In this document: positions 12,224-23,998 of the stretch, piece after piece
Numbering within the stretch: position 1 is the first letter of the stretch
Layout: each line of letters begins with the position of its first letter
Assembly: GCA_977018835.1 (NCBI GenBank)
Contig: OZ361256.1
Location: 4,774,001 to 4,838,000, forward strand
Origin: Minutocellus sp. GHC0000111
Taxonomy: Eukaryota
DNA: 64,000 bases
Direction of reading: 5' to 3'
Notes under the pieces: generated by a model
The model's database searches: none
What the model was told of the DNA's origin: nothing
Seen by the model: only the letters and a program-made list of their open reading frames with translations
Made by a program: the position numbers and the translations under genes

Positions 12224-13462
12224 ATGAAGGCAACCGTTTTATCTGTAATCCCCGGCTTGGTTATCAGCACCTGCTGCTCGTCGTCTTGTGCGCATGCTTT
12301 TGTCATCGGCCAACCCAAGGCGCCAACACGCACCAGAGCAGAAACGAGCATCTCCCATGCTGCTGCCTCCTTCCATCGAAGATCATCATCACATAAGGGC
12401 GAGCCGACGGCAACAACAAACTTGTATGCTCAGGAAACAAACGCTGACCTCGACTCTAATAAAAATAGTATTCCCATCACAATCGAAAAATACGAGTACG
12501 ACGGGTGGGACCTAACCTACCGATACCGACCAGCCTCACCCGGTCACGAGGACGAAGAACCCCTGGTATTGGTCCATCCCGTCGGCATTGGATGTTCGTC
12601 ATGGATATGGACCAAGATGATGGAAGAATGGAACGGTGGGGCAATATACGCCCCGAATCTCATTGGATGCGGGTTGGAGGATGGCAACGAGGCGTGGGAT
12701 CCCGACACCCGAGGTCTATCGGTGCCATTGGGTTGGGTCAAGGCCGTGGAGGCATTGATCCAAGAGAAGGTATTGGCACCACCACCGACATCGAGAAACA
12801 TGGACACAAGGAATGGAAAAGATGCAGATGGGGGAGGGATATTGAATAAATTGCTGATGGTCAAATCATCAAAAATCAACAGCAAACCCCCTTCTTGTAC
12901 GGTCGTCGTTCAAGGTGGAAGCGCACCGATTGGAGTATTGTTGGCTTCCCGCAACCCATCGGTGATTTCTCATCTGGTTCTAACGTCGCCCCCGACGTGG
13001 GAGGACATGACAACCGCCACACCAGAAGAAGAGCTGGCAAAGAATTACAACTTTTATCGTTCCACTTGGGGCAAATTGGCATTTGGTGTGCTCGAATCGA
13101 GGTGGGCCGTGAGATTGTTTAGCAACCTCTTTTTATTTTTGGAGGAATGTGATGACCTTTGGGTTGATCTATCTACTAGCGAGGAGGCAACGACAGTAGA
13201 GGCACGACCCCCGGTGGCCATATTCAACTCTGGATTTCTGCAACATCGATCATACGAGGAAGAGCTCTGTCAAATCATCGAGCAACCCACCCTAGTCATA
13301 TCTGGATCGGGAGATAAGAGAGCCGAGAAACGAGTCGGATACGGTTCAGAAATGAAGCGCTGCACACTCGAGGCGTTGAGAGGAACTAATGTATTACCTT
13401 GGGAGGCACCAAGCCTAGTTTGCGAGGCAATTCAATCGTTTTGTCAAGAGGCAAGATTATAG
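12224..13462 (+). CDS. Alpha/beta hydrolase-fold protein, predicted plastid-targeted
   Basis: Signal peptide ending AHA-F. Motifs PLVLVHPVGIG, YAPNLIGCG, QPTLVISG and NVLPWEAP. Confidence 0.7.
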   Translation: MKATVLSVIPGLVISTCCSSSCAHAFVIGQPKAPTRTRAETSISHAAASFHRRSSSHKGEPTATTNLYAQETNADLDSNKNSIPITIEKYEYDGWDLTYRYRPASPGHEDEEPLVLVHPVGIGCSSWIWTKMMEEWNGGAIYAPNLIGCGLEDGNEAWDPDTRGLSVPLGWVKAVEALIQEKVLAPPPTSRNMDTRNGKDADGGGILNKLLMVKSSKINSKPPSCTVVVQGGSAPIGVLLASRNPSVISHLVLTSPPTWEDMTTATPEEELAKNYNFYRSTWGKLAFGVLESRWAVRLFSNLFLFLEECDDLWVDLSTSEEATTVEARPPVAIFNSGFLQHRSYEEELCQIIEQPTLVISGSGDKRAEKRVGYGSEMKRCTLEALRGTNVLPWEAPSLVCEAIQSFCQEARL

Positions 13463-13539
13463 AACTACGTAGTAACAAGGCATTCACACATGCGCTTAGG
13501 AAAAAATCAATATGTTATATGTGTCTAGCTAGGTAATTG

Positions 13540-15879
13540 TTATGCCATCCTTGGAGTAAAGCTACTGTTTGTGGGTAATGCATTTATACCCATCGAAAAA
13601 GACGCGTGGTTCCTGCCGTCTTCACCCTCGAGCTCTGAATCATAGCTGTCATCCAGTGACTTCTGACTGCCCAAAGATTTGTAGCTCTCAGATGATTGAG
13701 CTGCTGCGGCAGCAGCATGAGCAGCGGCATCTGGTACAGGACCGGCAGAGTGACGTCTAGAACTTGCTGAAAATTGAGATAGCGTGCTTTGAATGGTCTT
13801 GATGTCGTTCGATGAGTGTCTTCTGGACTGTTGTTGCTCTTGAAATACCGACAGGGACGCAGACGAGGAGGCTGCTGTGATAGCGTTTGGATCTCCCCGC
13901 GCATTACCTTGACCGGTGGATTTCCCCCCAGTAGATCGGCGTTTCAGATCAGCCGATTTACGCTTAATGATCCTCTTTACAGCCTTGACTCCATTGCCAA
14001 TTGAGGAGTTGAGGTTGCGGCGTGATTTTGTACTCAAAGAGTTGTCAGTATCAGCCATTCTCTGAATTGACTCTGCATTTCGTCGTAGTGAGTCATATTG
14101 TTGTGATTGCCTTGGCGGGCATGATTCCAGTGGATCGGTCAGCGTCATTAAGTTTTGTGGTGGATGCTGGCAATCGGACGATCTTCTAGGCGTCAACGAA
14201 TCGAGGGAGGCAAGTGACAAGCGTCGGAGATCATCTTGGAGCTGCGAACCGCCCGTGGGCATCGCGGCGACTTCATTGGTGGATTCCACATCGACAGCTT
14301 CTTTTTCGCCATACATCAATCGATTGTATGCGTCAAACCAAGCGTCAAATGGATCCGCCTCTTGCTCTCCATCTGATAAGACAGCGCTTCCTCTTCTCCC
14401 TTTCGACTTGGGTCGAGTTTCTGTGTGATTCACCTTACCACCAGGTGCATCCTTCTTCACTCGCATCAAATTATCGCTCTTGCTAGCACAGTCTGCCTCG
14501 TTGGCGCCCCGTTGTGAGCTACTGATAGAAGGAATACGGGCATCTATTTTTCCAGGATGTAGTTGCCTGTTGTCTCTGACAGCGATGAATCGTCTGTGCA
14601 TTGTTTCATCGTCATCGGTGTCCGTATCTACCGACAAGGTGGATCGGCGATGTTGATGGGAACGCGAGGACGGATAAGTATTTGTTTGGTGTCTGGCAGA
14701 CGTAGACGTCATGGAAAGTCTTTGATTTGGAGAACGATTCAACGCAGACTTCGCGGAGGAACGGCGGTGGCCCGATGGCATGTTGTGTACATCAACCTTT
14801 GGTGTTGCGCTTTTTGACGGAAGGCGACGAGATCGACCGGAAGTACTATTCGTGGATGGTCTGCGGGGAGGTGCAGAATCTTGGCTGCCCTTCGGTTCTT
14901 CTAGACTTGGAATGTTGGCCCTCGGACGCGAGATGAAGTCATATTTGTGGATCTGATTGCTGTTTTCCGATGTGTTGCTGAGTGGAGAGGAGGTTGAATC
15001 TTCTCCCGCACCATCAACCCCTTTGTTGGTCGTTGCCGCCTCCTCCACGGCTTCTTCGACAAGCATATTAAATGCCTCGTACACACTGCTGGACGCCACG
15101 TTGGTTGCACTGGAAAGAATGGTGGCCTTGGTGGCGCCAGTGAGAGAAGACAAAGCCGTGCCGCCCGTTCGAGAAGTGCCGTTGGTGCTGGCGGTGAATT
15201 GGGAGTGCGTCTTGGAAAGGTCTGATATGGAGGCATATCGGTACCGCTCAAGGAGGACGCCGCTACGGGGATTGATCTGATGGTCGTGATGATCGGCCCA
15301 GCCGTCGCCTCCCTCGTCTTGGGTCGTTAAGGCGACAGTCTCGCTGGTCGGATCGGCGACCTGTTCGTTGTATGTGTCGAGTATGGCCAGCGCTGAAGCT
15401 AGCTCGTCGTGGTCCTCCCAATTGTTGTTTGTTGGGTTATTACTGCCGTCATTAGCGGTGGCGGCATTCTTATGCTCTAGCGTCAGCTTGCCGGAGCTAT
15501 CACCATGCAAACTGGAGTCGCCGATGGCACCGTGTGATGAATTGAGGAGCTTCTGCTCTTTGAGCGTCAGACTGTTGCGGCTACGAAGGCTGCCGCGACT
15601 CGTGATTGACCCCCGCCGGGCTCTTCGACGGTCGTCGGATGAGGATGCAGCCCGAGCAGCAGCAGCTGCGGCCACCATATCATCCTGGCCGATGCTACCA
15701 TCGTCATCATCATCATGCACAGCGTCGCCTTTGGCATTCTTCTTGGCCTGTGCTGGGGGCGGATCAGCACTAACGTCGTCGTCTTCTCCGCCACCAATAA
15801 ACGCCGGAATGTCGAGTCGTCTTTCTCGACGACGCCTTCTGCGCCTCCGCCGCTCCTTTTCGAGCTTCCGCCTATCCAT
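13540..15879 (-). CDS. Unknown Ser/Arg-rich disordered protein
   Basis: 779-aa uninterrupted ORF with no recognisable domain. Confidence 0.55.
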   Translation of the reverse strand: MDRRKLEKERRRRRRRRRERRLDIPAFIGGGEDDDVSADPPPAQAKKNAKGDAVHDDDDDGSIGQDDMVAAAAAARAASSSDDRRRARRGSITSRGSLRSRNSLTLKEQKLLNSSHGAIGDSSLHGDSSGKLTLEHKNAATANDGSNNPTNNNWEDHDELASALAILDTYNEQVADPTSETVALTTQDEGGDGWADHHDHQINPRSGVLLERYRYASISDLSKTHSQFTASTNGTSRTGGTALSSLTGATKATILSSATNVASSSVYEAFNMLVEEAVEEAATTNKGVDGAGEDSTSSPLSNTSENSNQIHKYDFISRPRANIPSLEEPKGSQDSAPPRRPSTNSTSGRSRRLPSKSATPKVDVHNMPSGHRRSSAKSALNRSPNQRLSMTSTSARHQTNTYPSSRSHQHRRSTLSVDTDTDDDETMHRRFIAVRDNRQLHPGKIDARIPSISSSQRGANEADCASKSDNLMRVKKDAPGGKVNHTETRPKSKGRRGSAVLSDGEQEADPFDAWFDAYNRLMYGEKEAVDVESTNEVAAMPTGGSQLQDDLRRLSLASLDSLTPRRSSDCQHPPQNLMTLTDPLESCPPRQSQQYDSLRRNAESIQRMADTDNSLSTKSRRNLNSSIGNGVKAVKRIIKRKSADLKRRSTGGKSTGQGNARGDPNAITAASSSASLSVFQEQQQSRRHSSNDIKTIQSTLSQFSASSRRHSAGPVPDAAAHAAAAAAQSSESYKSLGSQKSLDDSYDSELEGEDGRNHASFSMGINALPTNSSFTPRMA

Positions 15880-16487
15880 GTCGCTGTCACCGGCACTGCC
15901 ATCACTGTTGTTTGTGGCCGATGCGCCTGCTGATGACGATTGACGTCGTACGATGGTTGTTTTGGAAAACGTGGTTGGGTTTGGACGTCCTGTGCGACCT
16001 GTGCTCGGATGCCCGGCAATGGAATCGGAAGGAGATGCGCAACTTTCTTAGGGTATAAAATGATATCGCGAGATTCACGGCAAAGTGACTTGGAAATAAA
16101 TGTTATCGGCGCATCATGTGCATGCTACATGTATGCGTGCGTGAGTGGCTTGTGGTGAACGAAGTTTCAATTGAGCCAAACAGGAAGCTGATTAGATTGA
16201 AGCGCTGGCGAGAGGGGCAAATGTCAAGCAAACGCTGGTTTGGCTGGTAATGGTGTGTGGCGAGAGCTTGCGGGAAGCGTCAAGGCGCCAGCTCAGTGAG
16301 ACAAAGTGGGTGTTGAGAGTGTTGCAATAATAAGGCCATTGTATTGACTTTTCGGGGCTACATGTATCGTTGTTCCCACCCATACCCCTCGCCCTTCTCT
16401 TTACTTGACTCACTCGACTCATAGAAAGCGAAAAATGAGACCAGCCTTGCCTTCGGCATTCAGCTCTCAGCCAAGCCAAGCACCACC

Positions 16488-17570
16488 ATGCAAAGAAGCT
16501 TTGGCAGCCCCGAAAAGGAGCGAGAGGAGCAGCAGAGTGTGCCTTTAACAGACCATTCCGCCGATGAGGACTCTCCTGCATTCCAACCCTCCTCATCTTC
16601 CCCCCAGAGCCCACAGATGGTTGCCCAGCACTGGCAGCGAACGCCAACGTCACTGATACCACGCTCCATTACCTCCCGCCTGCCACCCACCCTGCTCTCT
16701 ACGATTGACTCGCACTTGTCATCCAAACGAAAAATACAGGCGTATATTTGTGTTTTTCTATTATTTTTGGCACTTGCTCAGATACACAAATCGATAGACG
16801 TATTCATGGGGAACAAAGAGGAGAGCGGCGCCCAGCCCTATGACGTGAATGCACACGCCGTTCTGCCCCGGCGGGTCATTACGATCTTCGGGCTGGAATC
16901 CAGTGGCACCACCTTTCTCTATCAGACACTATCGAAAGCATTGAACGCGACCGTCGTCATTCCCGACCTGTCGGCCCGGGCGGGAGATGACGTGGAGATA
17001 CAGCACATAAGTCAACCGTGGGGACTGTTCGGGACAAAGACGGGGGACTATTCCACCATCGATCTGGTACCGCCATTGGGATGTGCATCGTTCTATGATC
17101 GCGATGATGTAGTCCTGTCTGACAGATGTCAGGAAGAGACTGGGCTGGACCCGGAACATGAATATCCTCTTCGATTCTTCGTCAACATTACGAGCCACGT
17201 GGAGTGGTACCGCAGTCGAGGAGTGGACTGTACCGCAATCATCATGACACGAGATTACAGCACCCATTTGGACGGCAAGAAGAAGCACATGCTGTGGCCT
17301 ATATTCTGGAATCGCGTGGCTGCCGCCGAGGATCGATATGGCAAACAGCTCATGGTCGAGGCGATGAATGTCCTCGATGGGTCCGTCTCTCCTGGGGGTA
17401 AGGCGGAGCTGGTGATGGTCTCGTACGAAACGCTCATGTTTTTGCGACAGGATTATCTTTTCAAAGTCTACCAACAGCTGGGGATCGATAGTGCCTACAT
17501 TCCAGCTTTTCGTGATGGCAACGCCAAATATGTCCGGGGTGGCAAAATTGGGATCAATAATTTGAATTAG
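16488..17570 (+). CDS. Type II membrane sulfotransferase-like (P-loop) protein
   Basis: Single TM helix (AYICVFLLFLALAQI), PAPS-loop-like IFGLESSGTTFL, IIMTRD and VSYETL. Confidence 0.55.
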   Translation: MQRSFGSPEKEREEQQSVPLTDHSADEDSPAFQPSSSSPQSPQMVAQHWQRTPTSLIPRSITSRLPPTLLSTIDSHLSSKRKIQAYICVFLLFLALAQIHKSIDVFMGNKEESGAQPYDVNAHAVLPRRVITIFGLESSGTTFLYQTLSKALNATVVIPDLSARAGDDVEIQHISQPWGLFGTKTGDYSTIDLVPPLGCASFYDRDDVVLSDRCQEETGLDPEHEYPLRFFVNITSHVEWYRSRGVDCTAIIMTRDYSTHLDGKKKHMLWPIFWNRVAAAEDRYGKQLMVEAMNVLDGSVSPGGKAELVMVSYETLMFLRQDYLFKVYQQLGIDSAYIPAFRDGNAKYVRGGKIGINNLN

Positions 17571-17723
17571 ACTAGCTAAACACGCTAGCTACGTAGAGAG
17601 CTAGTGAGTGCTACTAGCTAGAGAGTAGACTAACAGTTTTACACCATGGGGCTAGATTATTACCGCACTCAATGATAGTAGCTGCATATAGGGTGTAAAA
17701 TCACAATGCTGGAAATTCTCTAC

Positions 17724-19018
17724 CTAACCTTCGTAGAGACACTCCATCATGTTCTTCTTAATTTCGATGGGATCCAATGCCTTCCCAATAAACACAAACT
17801 TATTGATCCTCTCCTCGTTCGGTTGCCATGGCTTTTTGGAAGGGCCAAAGTTGATCTATTCGTGAACTCCATGGGACACAAACTTGGTGTCGCCTTGCCC
17901 ATGGAAAGATAGTACGCCCTTGAGCCGGTAAAGGTCGGCCGCACGTTTCTTCAACAAGTCCATCATGTAGCCGTTGAAGTACGACGCGTGAAGATTACCC
18001 TTGAACTGAATTCCGACGCTTTGGATGCTATTTGGGCGCGAGTCGGTCTTTTGTAACATTTGGTCCTCGAAGAAGGACTCATCGACCGCAAGGATGGATT
18101 CCACGCCAAAGGATTTTGTATGGAGGATCTTCTCCAGCGGAACACGCGATTGCTTGGTTTCGATCATCGTCGCAAAGTTATTAAGGGAGGTTAACCGTTT
18201 CTTGAGTACCTCCAGCTCTTTCTCAGTGACGAGATCCACTTTGTTGAGTAGAATCTTGTCGGGAAATGCAATCTGCTGCATCCCCTGGTTGACGCCCTGC
18301 TCGTTGAGATCCTTGTCGTCGAGATGTTGCATCATATGCTTGCAATCTGCGAGACAAACGATGGAATCGATGTTGTAATGATCGAAAAGCTTGGAATTGG
18401 TTCTGATAAAAAATTTGCAACGCAAGGCGCTTGATTAGATTCAGGACACATGTGTTACGGAGCAAAAACTAATCATATTACGCCCGCGCTTTCTCTCTTG
18501 ATTGAGTTCGAGCCCCGCAATACAGGTACTTACTGGATTGTGTAAATGATCGGTGCGGGATCTGCAACTCCCGTAGTTTCCAGGAGGATCGCATCAAAGT
18601 CGGTGCGTCGCTTGGCAAGCATGCCAAGAGTGCGGACCAAATCCGTCCGGAGACTGCAGCACACGCAACCGTTGTCCATGGTGATGATGTCCTCGGGGTC
18701 GTTCATCGATTCGGCCACGAGGCCGTCATCGATGGATATTTCTCCAAATTCATTCTCGAGCAATTTTCCATGTGCTTTGCTCTTTGAGGATGTAATTGAC
18801 CAGAGTTGTCTTCCCCGCCTATAACGATGGACATATGACGGGCAAAATATTTGTAGTGAGAAAGTATAACAGAACGATGTACAGGAATCGAATCATTTCA
18901 ACATTGCTGATGTCGACAAAAAGAAGCATCGGCATGAACGCTTCTATCAAGTACTTACACCCAAAAAGCCGGTGACGACTGTAATTGGTGTTTTCTCATC
19001 TTCACTAGCCTTCGTCAT
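17724..19018 (-). CDS. CobW/COG0523 (ZNG1-like) metal-chaperone GTPase (introns; apparent frameshifts near 18765 and 17880)
   Basis: Motifs TVVTGFLG|AGKTT, ENEFGE, NGCVCC, ETTGVADP, LLNKVDL, YRLKG, GVH and FVFIG. Confidence 0.85.
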
Positions 19019-19341
19019 GGCTCATTGAAATAATCAATGAACGACTTTAATCAGACCGATACTAGCTACGTAGTAGCAGCAATGGGAGAGCGAAGAGATA
19101 GAGCCTCTTCGCCGCGCCAGATAGAGCCTCATCGTGCACATTCGAACATAGTCAGGCCGAAGGAACTTACTTTCATGCTGCTGGTGCTGCGAACCCTTCG
19201 TGGTGCGATGCGAACACGAAGCAAAATCTGTTGTGCTTTTTGGCGATATTCTCTTGTGTTTGAGGCAGCATCAGTCCACATCTATCATCTGCTGAGGTAG
19301 AATGAAAGATACAGTATCCCCTTACAATCAAATCTCTCAAT

Positions 19342-20172
19342 ATGGTTCGCTTCTTTAATCTAATCGAAGACGATGATGTCGTCGTGGAGCTGCTTTCCTT
19401 CCTCGACTTTGGTGCAACCGTTCGGACTGGTCGGACTTGCAAGCGTCTAAAGCAGGCATCAGATGCTGCACTGGACGGATGGGTTGCAGAGAGCTTATCC
19501 AAGGCGACCAAAGGGATCCCAGCCTACGGATGCAGTGATTTCGAAGGTGTTCTGTCATTGGGTTGGTCTATCGAGTTTCAGACAAAGACATCCCTCACCG
19601 AGAAAGCCATAGAGGAATGCAATCCGGGAGGGGAGGTCAGCCTACAGGATCAAGCAGACTACAATGAAGACCGCGCTCGTCATTTGCTCCGTACGAGAGG
19701 CTCGGTGGATGTGAACGACTTCCTAAATTATTGCTCCGAGTAGGTTGGCTGGAACGTGAAAATGCGCTTCAGGGAGAATATGCCTCTTGGCGAAGTAGTG
19801 GGTTGCATGAGTAAGACCTTTGAGGAATTAGATGGAGGAGATGCAGAGGACGACGACTCTTCCACTATTGATATTGGTGATTTCATGAAACAGTACTTCC
19901 CACATGACCAGATTTTGGCAGATGATGAGTCTGATGCAGACGTTGTCAAGAGCGACCTAGAAGAAGACGATGTCTTCCGTCTGCAACACCATGTTCTCTG
20001 TCTCCTTCGAAAGGCCGACAAGAGTTCCATCCGGTATTCGCACTTGAGGGTTAAGAAGCGCCACATAGAGTATGCAGCGGGGAGCACGCAGTCCGTAATC
20101 ATGTTCCAACTCTCAGAGCACGATAATGTCAAGGTGGAGTACTTTTTTTCAAAGGAGTACCAATTTCTTTAG
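19342..20172 (+). CDS. Possible F-box-like protein with an in-frame TAG at 19741-19743
   Basis: N-terminal DDVVVELLSFLD...GRTCKRL resembles an F-box. The two ORFs share one frame. Confidence 0.4.
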
Positions 20173-20244
20173 GAACAGATATGACTTGCCTCCTAACTTA
20201 ATTTTTAGATTGGAATGACATTTGTAAAGTGATCAACCTGTACT

Positions 20245-21857
20245 TTACACATTCCTACGGGCCAGATTCACCTTGCACCCTCCCATAGGAATGGAAGTAA
20301 GCCGCGTGGTGTAGACCTCGTCCTGATCAACCACACTTCCATCATATCTGCAAATAAGAGCTGCAAGGGCAATCTTCAGCTCAAGCATTGCAAAATATTT
20401 ACCGATGCAATCGCGACTTCCTTTCGAGAAAGGCAAAAAGCTGAACGACGAAACCATTTTCTTACCCTCCTCTCCAAGAAATCTTTCTGGAACAAATTTA
20501 TTAGAATTTTCCCACACATCCTCATCACGTTGCATAGCATAAAAATTGAGATGAACAATGCTGTTACCCAAGAGAAGCCTCCAGCGCTTGCGTCAGAATC
20601 CGAGGCATATCGGGTTGTTGCAGCAGGAGGGTAGAGACGCAGAGTTTCCCTCGCCACAGCATCGAGATACTCACACTTTTGCAACTTGTCATAAGATGTA
20701 CTGCAGAGTTTCTTACCAATCATGGCCTCTTCAGCCCAATATTTGCCCAAGCATGAGTTAACTTCCTCTAGTGCTCGACTCAGCGTCTCTGGATGCTGCA
20801 CGAGAAGCCAATATGCCCAAGCAATCGCCGTCGCTGTGGTGTCATGGCCAGCAAAGAAGAACGTTTTGAGCTGAGACGTCATTAGCTCCATATCATCAGG
20901 GCTGAACGACAAATTCTGCGGACCATTCGCCTCCTTCTTTGAGCGCATTACACCAGATAAGGTCAAAGACAGGATATCCTTCTCGTTCAGGTCGTCATTG
21001 TGGTGAGGTGATGCGAGTTTCTCAAGCCGACGCTGTACCAGCCGACGCATTGAGCCATCAAGAGCTTTGGATAATCTCCACGTTTTCCACATGCTTCGTA
21101 GACCAAAATATCTTTGAAGAGGATTGCTCATGTTCTCTCCAACCACGATAGTCAAATCTCGAATTGTAGCCAGCGTTTCGATGCCCTCATTGGTTGGTTC
21201 ATCAGAGCCCCAGTCTTCTCCAAATGCTACTTGAGCGATTACATCCGATGTCAAATCAACTGCTCTGGCTAGCATATCCGTCGGTACTCCACTTTCGATA
21301 TCCTCATCGCACTTGGCGATGAAGCGATTGCACTTCTCCACGATGGTTCCAACAACCATGCGTAGAAACTCGGGAGAAAACCCTGGATTGTACAGACGTC
21401 GCTGGGAGGACCACTCCTTTCCCTCGGTGGCCACCATGCTCTTTTTGCCGATCAGTGGCACCATGCCACCATATGTCGGGGACTTGCGAAAGGACGTCGT
21501 CATCAACACATGCCGAGCCACCGTGGGATCTCCCACGCAAATGAATCTACCAATCACTGGCAACTGAAACATGACAACCTTGCTGTTAAGCTTATGCATC
21601 CAACTTTCGAAGAGGATGTCATGGGAGACCTTTGGTTTCGTCGGATCGGGCTGGAGTGCGAGGGCATGCCCAAATAGCCAGTGCTGTGATGGGGGCGTGG
21701 GAGGATAGGGCAGGATTGAGTCATCGGAGTTGCTGCTGGAAGTAGTGGCATTCTTTCGGCGTTTGTACAACGAAGCAGCAGCGAAGGAGATGAACAACGC
21801 CGCCGCAGCAGCAGCTGCTAAAGAAGCAGCAGAAGAGGGACGGGATGCTTGGGTCAT
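20245..21857 (-). CDS. Cytochrome P450 (frameshift near 20570)
   Basis: N-terminal TM anchor, AGHDTT I-helix, ETLR K-helix, PERF and heme motif FSKGSRDCIG. Confidence 0.92.
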
Positions 21858-22070
21858 ACTAGTCTAGTACTCTCGCGAAGCTTGAGGCGACTAGCTAGCG
21901 AGGCGGCGAGAATGATCAGCAGAGTTCTGAGAGTTCTGCATCTGCATTCTGGTCCCGATTGCGCCAACTGCTGCCGCGGCCCGCAAACGCACCACAAGCG
22001 CTCGCGCTGTCCACTCATTTCCAACGAACGGCAGCTCTGCGCGCCCACAATAGACCAAAGTGCAACCCAC

Positions 22071-23273
22071 ATGTCGCAAAGTTTCACTCGTCACCGTCGC
22101 CACACATTAGCATTTGCTGCAGCAGCTGCGTCAGTGGTCACCATGCCGCTTTCCTGTCTTGCATTCCGAGCAGCCACAACGATCACCACGCGGCATGCAA
22201 GTCATGCAAGGCCATGTGGAGTATCAGCACTGACATCTCGCCAATTGCTCATCAGACCAAAGCCAATGCGTTCAATGTCAACAGCTGGCGCTGATACTAG
22301 CAATAATTCACAATCGGATGCGATTCTATCGGATTTGCAAGCAAAGAGGTTAGAGGCATTACATGAGCAACTAGCTTCACTTGGCATTAACCCAGATGAT
22401 CTATCCTCTGCAGCAACGCGGTCCATCACAACGACCGAGGGGTACGATCCATACTTTGGCAAACCAGCCATCAAGGCATATAGAACATTTGCCAATCCCC
22501 GACCAAGCAAGCTGGATGCCGTCCAAAGGGAAGATGTGGGTGTCGCTGCCGCGCGGTGCGCCAGACAAATCGATTTCCTCGCCAAGCGTCACCGCAGTCA
22601 CGAGGCCGAGTGGGTGCGGCATACAGATACAGTGACAAAAGATGTAGATGGAAATGCAAGCGATGATGTGGGTGGAAAGACGACAAGTCTGCCACTTATT
22701 GTTGTCCTCGATAATGTGAGAAGCGCTTTCAACGTTGGCAGTATATTTAGGCCTAGGACGGCCGATGCCTGTGCTTGTGCCGAGATTATCACCACGGGCA
22801 TAACGCCTCATCCTCGGGGAAGTGGTGCCGAGAAGCTCGCCAAATCGGCTCTGGGTGCCGATAGGGTGGTTCCCAGCCGGCACTTTGCCACAACTATGGA
22901 GGCAGTGGAATATCTTCGAAATGAGTGTCCGGAAATATTACTGGTGGGGATGGAAACCACGGAACGGTCGGTTTGCTACACAGATGTTGCATATCCTGGT
23001 GGAATGAAAGAGAATGGTGAAAATGGTGGAGATGATGGCGCTAGCGATAAAAAGAGCAAGTCAGGAACTGCTCTATTTCTTGGAAACGAGGTCACTGGGG
23101 TCGATACCGAAGTCATGCCTCTGCTGGATACAATTGTGGAGATTCCAATGTTTGGGACGAAGAACTCGTTGAATATCGCTGCCTGTGCTCCCGTCGTCAT
23201 CATGATGTATGAGTGCATCAGGCAGTGGAGAGAATTATTGGATCATTGCGGTGATGATGATGGTGCAGAGTGA
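22071..23273 (+). CDS. SpoU/TrmH-family (SPOUT) RNA 2'-O-methyltransferase, likely organelle-targeted
   Basis: Motifs VLDNVRSAFNVGSIFR, LFLGNEVTG and EIPMFGTKNSLNIA. N-terminal leader ending CLA-F. Confidence 0.85.
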   Translation: MSQSFTRHRRHTLAFAAAAASVVTMPLSCLAFRAATTITTRHASHARPCGVSALTSRQLLIRPKPMRSMSTAGADTSNNSQSDAILSDLQAKRLEALHEQLASLGINPDDLSSAATRSITTTEGYDPYFGKPAIKAYRTFANPRPSKLDAVQREDVGVAAARCARQIDFLAKRHRSHEAEWVRHTDTVTKDVDGNASDDVGGKTTSLPLIVVLDNVRSAFNVGSIFRPRTADACACAEIITTGITPHPRGSGAEKLAKSALGADRVVPSRHFATTMEAVEYLRNECPEILLVGMETTERSVCYTDVAYPGGMKENGENGGDDGASDKKSKSGTALFLGNEVTGVDTEVMPLLDTIVEIPMFGTKNSLNIAACAPVVIMMYECIRQWRELLDHCGDDDGAE

Positions 23274-23998
23274 AGTGGGGAGGGCGATGTAGAGTGTGAA
23301 AAGAAGTTAATGATGATGGCTGCTTGCTTGCTTGCTTGCCTCTTCTTCATCAAGAATTCAGTCAGAAGAACAAGCAAGCAAGCGCTAGTAGATCTACATA
23401 TGTAGCTACCTTAGCTTATTTGGATCATCTCTATCCAGTTGTTGTCATACTAGACTACGGAGTAACATCTAGCTAGAGAAATTTCCACGGAGATCAAGGA
23501 ATCATCGTGGCCACATCCAGCATTATTTTTGCTTCCAACGAAGCCGGTTTCTGACGACATTTTTCGCGATCGCAGGACATACCGGCTGGATAACAGTCAA
23601 AGAGTGGAAAATCTTCATGGCACCTGTTTTTGATTTGTTCCCGGCCGGTGTCAAGGGGTGGCGATGCCGGCTCGCTCAGATTCGAATCTCAGCAACCAAA
23701 CAAATGCGGGTATCGGCTTCCTCGAACGCATGAGGAAGCAGTGATCAACACGGCCCCTCCATAGCAAGACCGGATACTGCTACTGTACGCCCTTATTGCA
23801 CCCCTTGGCGACAATGTTCTGCAGGTCAATGGGTCGATAGCCTGAAACGTACACTTTCCCTTCCTTGGCGGGTGCAGGCAAGCGACGACCACGAGCAACA
23901 AACGTCACACGTGCTGAAAATTCCGTTTGGAATTTGGGAGGTTGTGTGCTTAGGTCCATCGCTCTCCTGCAACCCCGGCAAAAATATAACATCAATAA

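Noticed and set aside
23322..23383. (GCTT)n...(AAGC)n hairpin after the SpoU gene as a terminator
   Set aside because: It is microsatellite-based, has no U-tract, and bacterial-style terminators are not expected in this context.
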